Source of the DNA: Candidatus Marinacidobacterales bacterium
Lineage (GTDB): Bacteria > Acidobacteriota > Vicinamibacteria > Marinacidobacterales > DATDRI01
Direction: 5' to 3'
Length of the DNA: 64,000 nt
Assembly (NCBI GenBank): GCA_965226495.1
Contig: OZ245365.1
Coordinates: forward strand, 640,001-704,000
A model generated the notes under the pieces. The model was not told the origin of the DNA. It did not search any database and saw only the letters and a program-made list of their open reading frames with translations. This document shows positions 50,201 to 59,341 of the stretch, one piece after another (the stretch's first letter is position 1; every line of letters starts with the position of its first letter). A program made the position numbers and the translations under genes.

Positions 50201-50877
50201 AGGACCTCGAGCCTTCGGTGAAGGTGCTCGATCTCCTGCTGCGCATGTTCGATTGAGAATCGCCTATCCAGGAGCCAGAGATACAAAAAGAAAAACGCCA
50301 CCAAGCTCATCATGAATGCCCGGAACATCAACGGATCGAGTCCCGAATCGGCACCTCCCATGACGACCGGCTGAGGATGTTGGGTGCGCCACCAGCGGAT
50401 CGAGAAGAAAACGATGGGAACATCGACGAAGCCGATGATTCCGGCCACCGCTGCCAGGTTGGCCCGTCTGGCTTCGTCGGGGACATAGCGCCGGAGCATC
50501 AAATAGGAGACATAAATGAGCCACAGGACTAGCGCCGTCGTTAGTCGCGCGTCCCACGTCCAATAGATTCCCCAGGCAGGTTTCGCCCAGAGCGGGCCGG
50601 TGAAAAGGCCCATGCTAGTGAAGACGACCCCAATTTCCGCAGAGGCCAGTGCCAAGGTATCGTATTGGCGGCGCCGGGTTGCCAAGTAGGCGACGCTTGC
50701 CAAGAAGACGACCGCAAAGGCGAGAAAAGCGATCCACCAGCTGGCGACATGGAAATAGAATATGCGCTGCAAGTCGCCCATCGTTTTTTCTCGCGGTGCG
50801 TAGAGGAACGCTCCATAGAGGGCCAAACCGACTGTGATGAAAGTTAGAATGGGGAGCGTCTTCTTAAGCGTGCGCAT
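50197..50877 (-). CDS. ccmC: Heme exporter CcmC
   Basis: RIFYFHV, WWD motif WAKPAWGIYWTWDARLT, WWRTQHP. Confidence 0.92.
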   Translation of the reverse strand: MRTLKKTLPILTFITVGLALYGAFLYAPREKTMGDLQRIFYFHVASWWIAFLAFAVVFLASVAYLATRRRQYDTLALASAEIGVVFTSMGLFTGPLWAKPAWGIYWTWDARLTTALVLWLIYVSYLMLRRYVPDEARRANLAAVAGIIGFVDVPIVFFSIRWWRTQHPQPVVMGGADSGLDPLMFRAFMMSLVAFFFLYLWLLDRRFSIEHAQQEIEHLHRRLEVL

Positions 50878-50955
50878 GTTGCGTATCTCTGCGTTTTCGA
50901 AGAGCATCATATCATCAGGCTGTGCTAAATTGGCAGCCCGATACTAGCGGGAGAG

Positions 50956-51795
50956 GTGAGAAAGATGACGATCTGGACGAATCTTGCTGCGGCCAGTCTG
51001 TTGGTTGTGCTGCTGAGCCCCTTCGCCAGCGCCCAAGAGAATCTGCCGGTCGGCGCCGACGGAGCACACGACAGACTCAACAACTCACCGCGCCATGGCG
51101 AATGGGTGAAGGTGGAAACGGGCGGGGGCGATGTGGTCAACGCTTGGCTCGTCTATCCGGAGCGGGACGACAAGGCGCCGGTGGTGGTCGTCATCCATGA
51201 GATCTACGGCCTCACGGATTGGATCCGAGCGGTGGCCGACCAACTCGCCGCCGAGGGTTTCATCGCCATCGCCCCCGATCTCTTGAGCGGAAAGGGGCCC
51301 GACGGTGGAGGTTCGGACTCGGTCGATAACGACGGCGCACGGAGATTGGTTCGCGGGCTGGCTGACGAGGAAGTTGTGAACCGGCTGAACGGAGTCGCTG
51401 ACTACGCGATCGGCTTGCCCGCGGCGAGCGACGACTTCGCGGTCATCGGCTTCTGCTGGGGAGGACGAACCAGCTTCGCGTACGCCACCCAGCAGAAGAA
51501 CTTGAGCGCCGCCGTCGTCTACTACGGAACTGCTCCTTCGAAGGAGGCGCTTGATCACGTGCAAGCACCAGTCCTCGGCCTATACGGCGGTGAGGACAAT
51601 CGAGTGAACGCCACCATCGAGCTCACCGCGAACGAGATGCAACGCCTCGGCGGGCAGTACGAGTTCGAGATTTTCGGTGGCGCCGGCCATGGCTTCCTCC
51701 GAGCCCAGGACGGTCAGAACGGAGCTAACTTGAAGGCTACCGAGAAGGCCTGGCCCCGCACGGTGGCTTTCCTTAAGAAACACCTGGAATTTTAG
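50956..51795 (+). CDS. Secreted dienelactone hydrolase family protein
   Basis: Signal peptide; HEIYGL, GFCWGG, GGED, AGHGF. Confidence 0.88.
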   Translation: MRKMTIWTNLAAASLLVVLLSPFASAQENLPVGADGAHDRLNNSPRHGEWVKVETGGGDVVNAWLVYPERDDKAPVVVVIHEIYGLTDWIRAVADQLAAEGFIAIAPDLLSGKGPDGGGSDSVDNDGARRLVRGLADEEVVNRLNGVADYAIGLPAASDDFAVIGFCWGGRTSFAYATQQKNLSAAVVYYGTAPSKEALDHVQAPVLGLYGGEDNRVNATIELTANEMQRLGGQYEFEIFGGAGHGFLRAQDGQNGANLKATEKAWPRTVAFLKKHLEF

Positions 51796-51844
51796 GGGCC
51801 CAGACGCCGGGGCAGACCCCTGTATATTCATGTATAGATTCTAT

Positions 51845-52279
51845 TCACTTCCGGGGCGTTTCTCGGAGCTCGAAATCCTCCCAGCAGCACCAACATGGCC
51901 CCGGCGTGTGGGCGGTGATGTTGCAGACGTCACACCGATAAAAGATGTCGTAGAGCTTGCCGTCGTGGACAGAGTAGAGCTTGATGATCTCGAGCTCGTT
52001 CTCTTCGCGCAACCAACCCTCGATCTCTAACTCCTGGGAACGCACTCGTGGGTCGGTCAGCATCTCGACGCGTTTATCGGTCGGTGAAAAGCGGTAGAGC
52101 CTTTCGTCATGCGCTCGAAAGGCAAAGCCGTTTGCGAGGTCGCAGGACTCTTCGTCCGAAGGCTTGCCCGAGGAGTCGAGGCAAACCGTGCGCCCGCGAA
52201 CTGTGATCTCTTTCGGCTGCGGTGATGGAAAAAGTATGGTCGATAATGAGATCGCGGTGGCGGCGAGATGTCCTAACAC
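51845..52279 (-). CDS. Hypothetical exported protein with C-terminal Cys cluster
   Basis: Hydrophobic N-terminus; YRCDVCNITAHTPGPCWCC; starts 3 nt after the ccmB stop. Confidence 0.65.
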   Translation of the reverse strand: MLGHLAATAISLSTILFPSPQPKEITVRGRTVCLDSSGKPSDEESCDLANGFAFRAHDERLYRFSPTDKRVEMLTDPRVRSQELEIEGWLREENELEIIKLYSVHDGKLYDIFYRCDVCNITAHTPGPCWCCWEDFELRETPRK

Positions 52280-52282
52280 GGG

Positions 52283-52975
52283 CTATTCTTCCAGAACGTA
52301 CTCGAAGGTTAGCCAGGATACCACGACGAAAACCATGGCAAAGACCGCCAGCAACCGGATCCAAGGCCAGGGGCTATTGAACAGGTCGGGTTGCAAGATG
52401 AGCCGCGTAGACTCGGCGGCGCCGATCACCACCGGCACCGCGACCGGGAAGAGCAACACCGGGAGCAGGACCTCGCGCATCGTCGTGTTCGCCGCGATGG
52501 CGGCTAGCGTGGTACCAACCGCCGCATAACCTAGGGTTCCGAGGCCTATCACGAGCAGAAAGGTCATGAACGCGACTGGCTCGAGCTCCGCGAATAGATT
52601 CAAGTTGAAAAAGACCATGAAGAGCGGCAAAAGAAAGACTTCCGCAACCAGCATGAAAATAACGTTGGATGCCAGTTTTCCGAAGTAAAGGGCGCTCCGA
52701 TCCACCGGCGCCAGCATCAGTCCATGGATGGAGCGATTTTCGCGCTCGGAAGCGAAACTGCGATTGAGTCCGAGCGACCCGGCGAACACGAACGCAACCC
52801 AAAGAATGCCCGGCGCCAGCGCGAGCGAGGTCTCTCCATCTAGAGAGAGTGTGAAGTTGAAGATCAATAGGACCAGCACCGAGAAGACGAACATCGATAA
52901 CACCATCTCCTTGGTGCGAAGCTCGGAGCGGATGTCTTTCTTGATGATTGCGACGACAGCAGATAGATAACTCAA
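52283..52975 (-). CDS. ccmB: Heme exporter CcmB
   Basis: KDIRSELRTKE, PGILWV, LNRSFASERE, REVLLPVLLFP. Confidence 0.92.
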   Translation of the reverse strand: MSYLSAVVAIIKKDIRSELRTKEMVLSMFVFSVLVLLIFNFTLSLDGETSLALAPGILWVAFVFAGSLGLNRSFASERENRSIHGLMLAPVDRSALYFGKLASNVIFMLVAEVFLLPLFMVFFNLNLFAELEPVAFMTFLLVIGLGTLGYAAVGTTLAAIAANTTMREVLLPVLLFPVAVPVVIGAAESTRLILQPDLFNSPWPWIRLLAVFAMVFVVVSWLTFEYVLEE

Positions 52976-52981
52976 ACTGCC

Positions 52982-53692
52982 CTACCGTGTCTTTTGGGTA
53001 ACTTCGGTGAAGATCTTCCGAAATTCCTTTGGATCTTGCCTGCCCATTCCTTCGTGAACCACTCGTCCGGATTCCAGGATGGCGACGCGGTCGGCGGCTG
53101 CGAGTCCGCGCTCGAGATCGTGGGTCGTTAGAATGGCTGCGGTCCCTTGTTCTCGGAAGTCGGTAAGCAGACCCGACAGCCGGTCCGCCGACACGGGGTC
53201 GAGGCCGGTGTAAGGCTCGTCGAGTAGTAGCAGAGAGGGTCGGTGCAGTACTGCGCGGGCGATGGTGAGCCGTTGATGCATTCCGCGCGATAGGCTCCTC
53301 ACCGGAGAGTCGGCCCGGGCCGACAGGTCGGAGCGCCGTATTGCCTCATCGACCACAGAACCTGCATCTGAGAGCCCGTACAATTGAGCATAGAACGCGA
53401 GGTTTTCTCGCACGGTGAGATCCGGATAAAGAAAGCTAGCGTGAGAAACGAGCCCGATCCGGCGGCGGACTTCTTCGGCCACCGAGGATCCATCGTCATC
53501 GCCGTAGATAAGCCGTCCCTCGGTGGGCTTCATCAACGTCGCTGCTAAATGAAGGAAAGTTGTTTTTCCGGCGCCGTTTCTACCGAAGAGGGCCAGTACT
53601 TCTCCAGCTGCTACTCGCAGATTGAGATTGACTACCGCCGCGAAGCGTCCGAAGCGTTTGGTAACACCTCGAGCCTCGAGCGCAGTGCTCAG
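52982..53692 (-). CDS. ccmA: Heme exporter ATPase CcmA
   Basis: GRNGAGKTT, LSRGMHQR, LLLLDEPYTGLD; probable start CTG 53692. Confidence 0.88.
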   Translation of the reverse strand: MSTALEARGVTKRFGRFAAVVNLNLRVAAGEVLALFGRNGAGKTTFLHLAATLMKPTEGRLIYGDDDGSSVAEEVRRRIGLVSHASFLYPDLTVRENLAFYAQLYGLSDAGSVVDEAIRRSDLSARADSPVRSLSRGMHQRLTIARAVLHRPSLLLLDEPYTGLDPVSADRLSGLLTDFREQGTAAILTTHDLERGLAAADRVAILESGRVVHEGMGRQDPKEFRKIFTEVTQKTR

Positions 53693-54903
53693 TGCTTCCC
53701 CCCCTTTGCCAGAAGAGCTTGGAGCTCCCGCTTTTCCTTCTTGTAACGCTTGGAAGAGATCTTTCCGGTTGCGTGCTGCTCTTCGAGTCGAGTTATCGAA
53801 TGCCTGAGAGTGTTGACTGGGTCGGTCTTGGTGGCGGCGACATCCCCGCTTGAGGGTGTCGGCACCAAAGCGGCGAGAAGGCCGTACGCCAGGGCTGCTG
53901 CCATCAGGGTAACGATGAGCCATTTTTGTGCGCTTGTGGAGTCGGGAAGGACGGTGATGCGTGGGCCGGAAGGTGGTTGCTCGCCGCCCCCTTCAGAGGA
54001 GGAGGGAATCAAATTGGCAGCGTGCTCACTCCCGCCCCAGAGATCCACCTCGAGCGGCGTTCCGGCTGCGACGTTTTCGCGATAAAGAACCAAGAAACGT
54101 CCGTCCGGATCGGGTCCCCTGTTCTCCCACCCTTCGGCGTCGACCTCAATGTCGGCGGGCGCCACGAGGATCATCGCCTCGGCCAGCGGAAAAAACGCCG
54201 TGTCCCGAAACTCACGTCCCTCCGTCTCCGAGTACTCAACGTCGTACGAGACCGTGAAGTCGGTCGAGCCCGGCTTGAACGCGGTCCGTGTGAAAAAGCC
54301 GGGGCCATCGGGCGCGGGCGAGGCCGGCTGCGGCACTGGCATTCCGCTGCTCGAGGTTGCAGAGACCGAGCGGAGCTCGACCACGTCGGCAGGAAGAGTA
54401 AAGCGAAACGTTCCCTCGGGATCGAAGAGGGTCCTTGGCGGGGAAGTCTTGTTCTCGACCACGAACAACTTGTCCACACGGAGCCGTTCGCCGTCGCGTC
54501 GTAGCAAGTAGCGCGCCGTTGTTATGGTGACGTCCTCCCACTCGTCGGTGGCATCGTAGACGGTGAAAGAAGCGTTGGCCTCGTAGCCTCGCCCGAAGCT
54601 CACCCTTTGGTTGTAGTTCACGCCCCCGAAAGTGACCTGGAGAAGGTAGGGAGCTTCCCCCGCGATCTCGATGTTCTCGAGCACGAACGTTCCGGAGACG
54701 TTCTCCGCCGTTTTGATCGGTTCCATCCCGGAGCTCAGCTTGAAGAGCGTCACCTTCTTGCCACTGCCGGGTCCTCCGGTGGTTCCGTTGACGATGGTCC
54801 CGCGCAGGACACCGCCACGAGGCTGAGCGGAGAGAAGAGAGGGCGCACCCCAGTACACCGTAAAGCCCAATACGATCGCCGTCGCGACAGTGAGGCCGGT
54901 CAT
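53689..54903 (-). CDS. Hypothetical membrane-anchored periplasmic beta-rich protein with C-terminal TM and short helical tail
   Basis: Signal-like N-terminus, GTIVNGTTG domain start, C-terminal TM and LEEQHATGKISSKRY tail; embedded in the ccm operon. Confidence 0.7.
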   Translation of the reverse strand: MTGLTVATAIVLGFTVYWGAPSLLSAQPRGGVLRGTIVNGTTGGPGSGKKVTLFKLSSGMEPIKTAENVSGTFVLENIEIAGEAPYLLQVTFGGVNYNQRVSFGRGYEANASFTVYDATDEWEDVTITTARYLLRRDGERLRVDKLFVVENKTSPPRTLFDPEGTFRFTLPADVVELRSVSATSSSGMPVPQPASPAPDGPGFFTRTAFKPGSTDFTVSYDVEYSETEGREFRDTAFFPLAEAMILVAPADIEVDAEGWENRGPDPDGRFLVLYRENVAAGTPLEVDLWGGSEHAANLIPSSSEGGGEQPPSGPRITVLPDSTSAQKWLIVTLMAAALAYGLLAALVPTPSSGDVAATKTDPVNTLRHSITRLEEQHATGKISSKRYKKEKRELQALLAKGGKH

Positions 54904-54908
54904 TGCTG

Positions 54909-55448
54909 TCAGGCTGGTATAGCTACGCCGCACGAGTTGCAAAAGCGGGCCTCCTCTTGGAGTTGGGCGTCACACTGAGGGCAGTTTGCGGGGCCTGTCA
55001 TCTTGTTCCCACAGTGCATGCAAAACTGTGCTCCGGCCGGGTTCGGCTGCTCGCAGGAGGGACACGACGTTCCGCTCACGATTTCGGTTGATTGCGGGGC
55101 TGATTGTCCGGATTGCCCGACCGCTACCGAGTCCTTTTCCTGTGAGGTCGGCGCAGACACCGCGTCGGCTGCAGAGATTTCATCGAGACGGGCGATGACC
55201 TCGGCGGCCTGAGCGAGAATGTCGGCTCGAATCGACTTGTAGTCAGCGTCCGACAGCTTCCCCGCTTGGTATTCGAAGTCGACGTCTTTGATCGCCTCGT
55301 AAAAACGCTCCTTCTTCTCGCCGAGGCTCTTTCGCTCTTGAGCGATTGCCGTCGGAGGCTGGCTGACTTCCGACGCGCGAGCAAAGATGGGAAAGAGTAC
55401 GAACAACACGACGCCACCCGCGAGCGCCGCCAAAAAGAGAAGGGTCAA
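54909..55448 (-). CDS. CcmI-N-like membrane protein with double zinc ribbon
   Basis: TM, then YEAIKDVDFEYQAGKLSDADY; CPSC…FCMHCG and CPQC…FCNSCG; probable TTG start 55448. Confidence 0.7.
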   Translation of the reverse strand: MTLLFLAALAGGVVLFVLFPIFARASEVSQPPTAIAQERKSLGEKKERFYEAIKDVDFEYQAGKLSDADYKSIRADILAQAAEVIARLDEISAADAVSAPTSQEKDSVAVGQSGQSAPQSTEIVSGTSCPSCEQPNPAGAQFCMHCGNKMTGPANCPQCDAQLQEEARFCNSCGVAIPA

Positions 55449-55452
55449 TATC

Positions 55453-55980
55453 CTAGAAGTCCTGAAGCTCTCGCTCGATGCGAGCTTGTTGCTCGGCGGT
55501 GACCTTCGTCTCCGAGCCTTCACTGCTGGTCTCGGCGGTTTGGCGTTTCCAAGAACCGAGGACACTCTTCGCAACCCATGCCCCGGCGATCAGAACCACG
55601 AAGGGCATGATCCAAGCGGCAAGGTGAAAACCGGAGGTCGGCGGCGCAGATAGAACGATCAGCCCGTAGCGATCGACGAAGCCGGCCAGAATGGCTTTCT
55701 TGCCCTCGCCCTGGGCCAGCTTTTCCTTGACCTCCGCACGCATCGGAGTTGCCGAGTGACAGCCTTGCATTTCACAGGTGCTGAGCATCTTGTGACAACC
55801 GCACTGGCAAATGAGGGAGTCCGCGACTTCCTTGAAGAGGGCCTCCTCGGCGGTGTATTGCTGTGTCGTGTGTGCCGGTGAGCCGAGTAGCAACATCAGC
55901 ATGACGCTCAAGAAGAGCGAGCTGACGAATGTCCTCGAGCTCTTCGACCTCATCAACCCTACCAGGCTCACCAACCTCAT
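55453..55980 (-). CDS. ccmH: Cytochrome c biogenesis protein CcmH-like
   Basis: LICQCGC…LSTC…MRAEV…FVDRYG..VLSAPP..GF.LAAWIMP. Confidence 0.75.
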   Translation of the reverse strand: MRLVSLVGLMRSKSSRTFVSSLFLSVMLMLLLGSPAHTTQQYTAEEALFKEVADSLICQCGCHKMLSTCEMQGCHSATPMRAEVKEKLAQGEGKKAILAGFVDRYGLIVLSAPPTSGFHLAAWIMPFVVLIAGAWVAKSVLGSWKRQTAETSSEGSETKVTAEQQARIERELQDF

Positions 55981-55990
55981 AGGCGGGGCA

Positions 55991-58039
55991 CTAGGCTACC
56001 TCGTGACGACGACCGACGTCGGCTTCGGTTTCGTCACGGGGCGCGGTCTCGGCTTTGTCCTTGCGGGCTAGCTTTAGCTCACGCTTGTTGGGAATCATGA
56101 TGACGATGGTACCCAGGAACATGACGATGCCGCCGACCCAGACCCAGCGGACCAGAGGATTCAAGTAGACCTGAACGGTGGCCTTGTCCTCTTCCGTCAC
56201 CCCACTGAACACCAAGTAGAGGTCTTCACGAAAAGTAGAGTACCTCCGCACCTCCGAAGTAGGTTGTTCGCTGGCGCGGTAGAAATGCTTCTGCGGGTCG
56301 TACTCTCCGATGAGCTCTCCGCTCTTGCTGACCGCGAGGACGGTCGACATCCAATCGTAGTTGGGCGTCGTTCCGTCTTCGAGACGAAGGAGCTCGACTG
56401 TATAGTCTCCGATGCTGATGGACTCGCCCGGCACGAGGTCGGCCTGGCGGTCTACGTTGAAAGCAGATCCTGCGATACCGATGAAGATCAGCACCATCCC
56501 CAAGTGCACGATGTATCCACCCCAACGGCGGGTATTGACCAGGGTCAGATCCACTATCGCCGAAGCATAACTGCCGCCGCGATGGCGTTGGCGCGCAACC
56601 GTCCCCTTGTGAAACTCCTGCACGACGGTGCCGATGACGAAAACCGACAAAATGTAACAAACGAGCGCGTAGAAGTGCCGCATTCCGAAGGCAAACAAGA
56701 TTGCGCCCGCCACGAGTCCCGCAATAGAGGGAGCTAGGAAGTTGCGCCTCAAGCCGTCGAGCGAGCTCTTGCGCCAGGCGAGCAACGGGCCGACCCCGGT
56801 CAAGAAAAGCAGAAGCAGCCCAATCGGCACGTTGATCTTGTTGAAGAACGGCGGTCCCACGCTCACCCTCTCGCCCTGGATCGCCTCCGAGAAGACCGGA
56901 AATAGCGTACCCCATAGCACCGCGAAGCAAGCTGCCAAGAAGAGAAGGTTGTTGAAGAGGAAACTCGACTCTCGCGAAACCAAAGAGTCCAGTTCGTTCT
57001 CGCTTTTGAGCAGGGGTAGTCGAGAAATAATGAGCCATATGCAGAAGACCGCTGCCACGATAATGAATATGAGGAAAATCTGGGCAAACTCAGACTCGGC
57101 GAACGCGTGCACCGAGGAAACGATGCCGCTTCGCGTCAAGTAGGTGCCCAAGATGCACAGCAGATAGGTCGTGAGCACGAGGGACACGTTCCAGACCTTG
57201 AGCATCCCTTTTCGTTCCTGGATCATCACCGAGTGCAGATATGCGGTGGCGGTTAGGTAGGGCATCAGTGACGCGTTTTCCACAGGATCCCACGCCCAGT
57301 ACCCGCCCCAGCCGAGCTCGACGTACGCCCAGCGTCCACCGAGAATGATCCCAGTGCCCAAGAAGAACCAGGAGAAAAGCGTCCACCGCCGGGTGGAGGT
57401 TATCCACGCCGACCCGAGCTGCCGGGAGAGAAGCGCCGCCACGCAGAACGCGAACGGTATGGCGAAGCTCACGTAGCCGATATAGAGAATCGGTGGGTGG
57501 ATCACCATGATGGGATGCTGCAGCAACGGGTTCAGTCCACGTCCGTCCGGCGGAGCAAAGACTTCCGTCGCGCCCGAGGCGGTCACGACCCCGAGCTGGT
57601 GGAAGGGATTTGTCACCCAGTAGTTCATGTAGGTGAAGAAGAGGATGATGACCCCGAGGGTCGCCACCACATAGGGCATCAACTCGCGATTCTTGCTGCG
57701 GTTGGTCCACACCGCGACGGCGCTGAAAACGATGAGCAACCAGCTCCAGAAGAGAAGCGAGCCATCGTTGCCGGCCCAAAGCGAAGCGACCTTATAAAAC
57801 ATCGGCAGTTCGCGGTTTGAGTAGTTGGCGACGTACTCGAATCTAAAATCGCTATTGAAGAGCAGGGTAACGAGCGCAAAGACCGAAGCCGTGGACAGTC
57901 CGGCACAAGCGAGAAGGGAACGCTCGGCGCTTGCCACGAGTCCCGGGCGGCCCTTGCGGGCTCCGAGCAGCGACGCCACGATGGCGTATACGGCCAACAC
58001 GAAGATGGCCATCAAGGAAAAGTTTCCTAAGTGTTGCAT
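55991..58039 (-). CDS. ccmF: Cytochrome c synthase/heme lyase CcmF
   Basis: GLNPLLQ, IHPP, WAYVELGWGGYWAWDPVENAS, TRSG..SSVHAF, NPLVRWVW. Confidence 0.95.
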   Translation of the reverse strand: MQHLGNFSLMAIFVLAVYAIVASLLGARKGRPGLVASAERSLLACAGLSTASVFALVTLLFNSDFRFEYVANYSNRELPMFYKVASLWAGNDGSLLFWSWLLIVFSAVAVWTNRSKNRELMPYVVATLGVIILFFTYMNYWVTNPFHQLGVVTASGATEVFAPPDGRGLNPLLQHPIMVIHPPILYIGYVSFAIPFAFCVAALLSRQLGSAWITSTRRWTLFSWFFLGTGIILGGRWAYVELGWGGYWAWDPVENASLMPYLTATAYLHSVMIQERKGMLKVWNVSLVLTTYLLCILGTYLTRSGIVSSVHAFAESEFAQIFLIFIIVAAVFCIWLIISRLPLLKSENELDSLVSRESSFLFNNLLFLAACFAVLWGTLFPVFSEAIQGERVSVGPPFFNKINVPIGLLLLFLTGVGPLLAWRKSSLDGLRRNFLAPSIAGLVAGAILFAFGMRHFYALVCYILSVFVIGTVVQEFHKGTVARQRHRGGSYASAIVDLTLVNTRRWGGYIVHLGMVLIFIGIAGSAFNVDRQADLVPGESISIGDYTVELLRLEDGTTPNYDWMSTVLAVSKSGELIGEYDPQKHFYRASEQPTSEVRRYSTFREDLYLVFSGVTEEDKATVQVYLNPLVRWVWVGGIVMFLGTIVIMIPNKRELKLARKDKAETAPRDETEADVGRRHEVA

Positions 58040-58060
58040 GGGTTTCCGGACGCGCCGCGG

Positions 58061-58486
58061 TTAGTAACTTTCCGGGCTGCCTTCTTGGGTGCTCTCACCG
58101 TACGCCGCCTCATACTTGGACGCGCACTTCGCTTGAATCATCGAGGCCTCGAAGGAGCCGTTCCGGTAGTGCCCCTCGGCCAGTGCTTGAGCGCGATCGA
58201 CGAGGGTGTCAGGCAGAGGATCCTTGCCGACGTAGCGGACGGTGAGCACGTCATCGTCCTGACTGATCTGAAACTCGACGCCCCCATCACGTCTCACGAT
58301 GGAACCTGGTACCACGTTGCCCCCGACCCGCATCCTGACGCCGTCCGCGCTCGAGCCCATCTCCTTCAGTTCGGAAACCGTTTGGTAATAGGCCTTTCCT
58401 TCCTCGAAACCGGAGATCGCCAGCCAAAGAATGCCTCCGAGAATCAAGAGGATGCCCGCCGCAAACTTGGTTTTCTTGGGTGCCAT
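58061..58486 (-). CDS. ccmE: Heme chaperone CcmE, CxxxY (System I*) type
   Basis: YYQTVSE, RVGG.VVPGSI, PDT…AEG…AKCASKY; ATG 58486. Confidence 0.88.
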   Translation of the reverse strand: MAPKKTKFAAGILLILGGILWLAISGFEEGKAYYQTVSELKEMGSSADGVRMRVGGNVVPGSIVRRDGGVEFQISQDDDVLTVRYVGKDPLPDTLVDRAQALAEGHYRNGSFEASMIQAKCASKYEAAYGESTQEGSPESY

Positions 58487-58526
58487 CGATTCACTCCTCA
58501 ATCTGTGCGCGCTGGACGTCACGCGG

Positions 58527-58535
58527 ATTATACCA
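58527..58535 (-). promoter_or_regulatory. Extended -10 promoter TGGTATAAT for the ccmE operon
   Basis: TGnTATAAT ~40 bp upstream of ccmE. Confidence 0.5.
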
Positions 58536-58593
58536 GTAGACGAGCTTCTCCGCTGGAGGGAGTTAATCCCTTTTGTATCAGATGGTTAACTGG

Positions 58594-59340
58594 CTATTTC
58601 GCCCCGGTCACGAAACGCCAAAGCATTCGTATGGGGTCGTAGCGCCTGTCCGCTACCCGTTCCTTCAGAGGAATGATCGCGTTGTCGGTGATGGTGATCG
58701 ATTCGGGGCAGACTTCGGTGCAGCATTTCGTGATGTTGCAATAGCCGATGCCCCCCTCTTCTCGAAGGTACGACGAGCGGTCTGCAGTATCGAGCGGGTG
58801 CATTTCGTAAACCGCGGCTCGAACCAGGAAGGCGGGGCCGATGAACTCCTGTTCCTTCTCGTGGGTACGGAGCACATGACACACGTCCTGGCAGAGGAAG
58901 CACTCGATGCACTTCCTGAACTCCTGGGGCCTTTCGACCTCGTACTGGTACATACGCCAGGAGCCGTCGGGGAAATCCGGCTTTCGTGGTTGGAAGTAGG
59001 GCAGGCGGCGATTGATTTCATAGCCGCGGGAAACGTTGGTGACGAGGTCCTTGATGACCGGAAACGCTCGCATGGGCGTAATCGTGATCGGTTCATCTTC
59101 GGGATAGTCCGACATGCGAGTCATGCACATGAGCCTGGGATGGCCGTTGACCTCTGCACTGCAACTCCCGCACTTCCCGGCCTTGCAGTTCCACCGGCAG
59201 GCGAGGTCTGGCGCGTGCTCGGCCTGAATGCGAAGGACGACGTCGAGTACGACCATGCCTTCCTCGGCGTTCACCGCAAACTGTTGGATTTCGCCATTCT
59301 CACGCGTCCCGCGGAACACCCCGATCGAACGCACCGCCAT
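58594..59340 (-). CDS. sdhB: Succinate dehydrogenase/fumarate reductase Fe-S subunit
   Basis: NCKAGKCGSC…MC, CIECFLCQDVC, CNITKCCTEVCP. Confidence 0.9.
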   Translation of the reverse strand: MAVRSIGVFRGTRENGEIQQFAVNAEEGMVVLDVVLRIQAEHAPDLACRWNCKAGKCGSCSAEVNGHPRLMCMTRMSDYPEDEPITITPMRAFPVIKDLVTNVSRGYEINRRLPYFQPRKPDFPDGSWRMYQYEVERPQEFRKCIECFLCQDVCHVLRTHEKEQEFIGPAFLVRAAVYEMHPLDTADRSSYLREEGGIGYCNITKCCTEVCPESITITDNAIIPLKERVADRRYDPIRMLWRFVTGAK

Positions 59341-59341
59341 C

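Noticed and set aside
51880-51940. Heme-binding CxxCH in the Cys-rich protein or in CcmH
   Set aside because: The sequences are CDVCN and CQCGCH; neither fits CxxCH.
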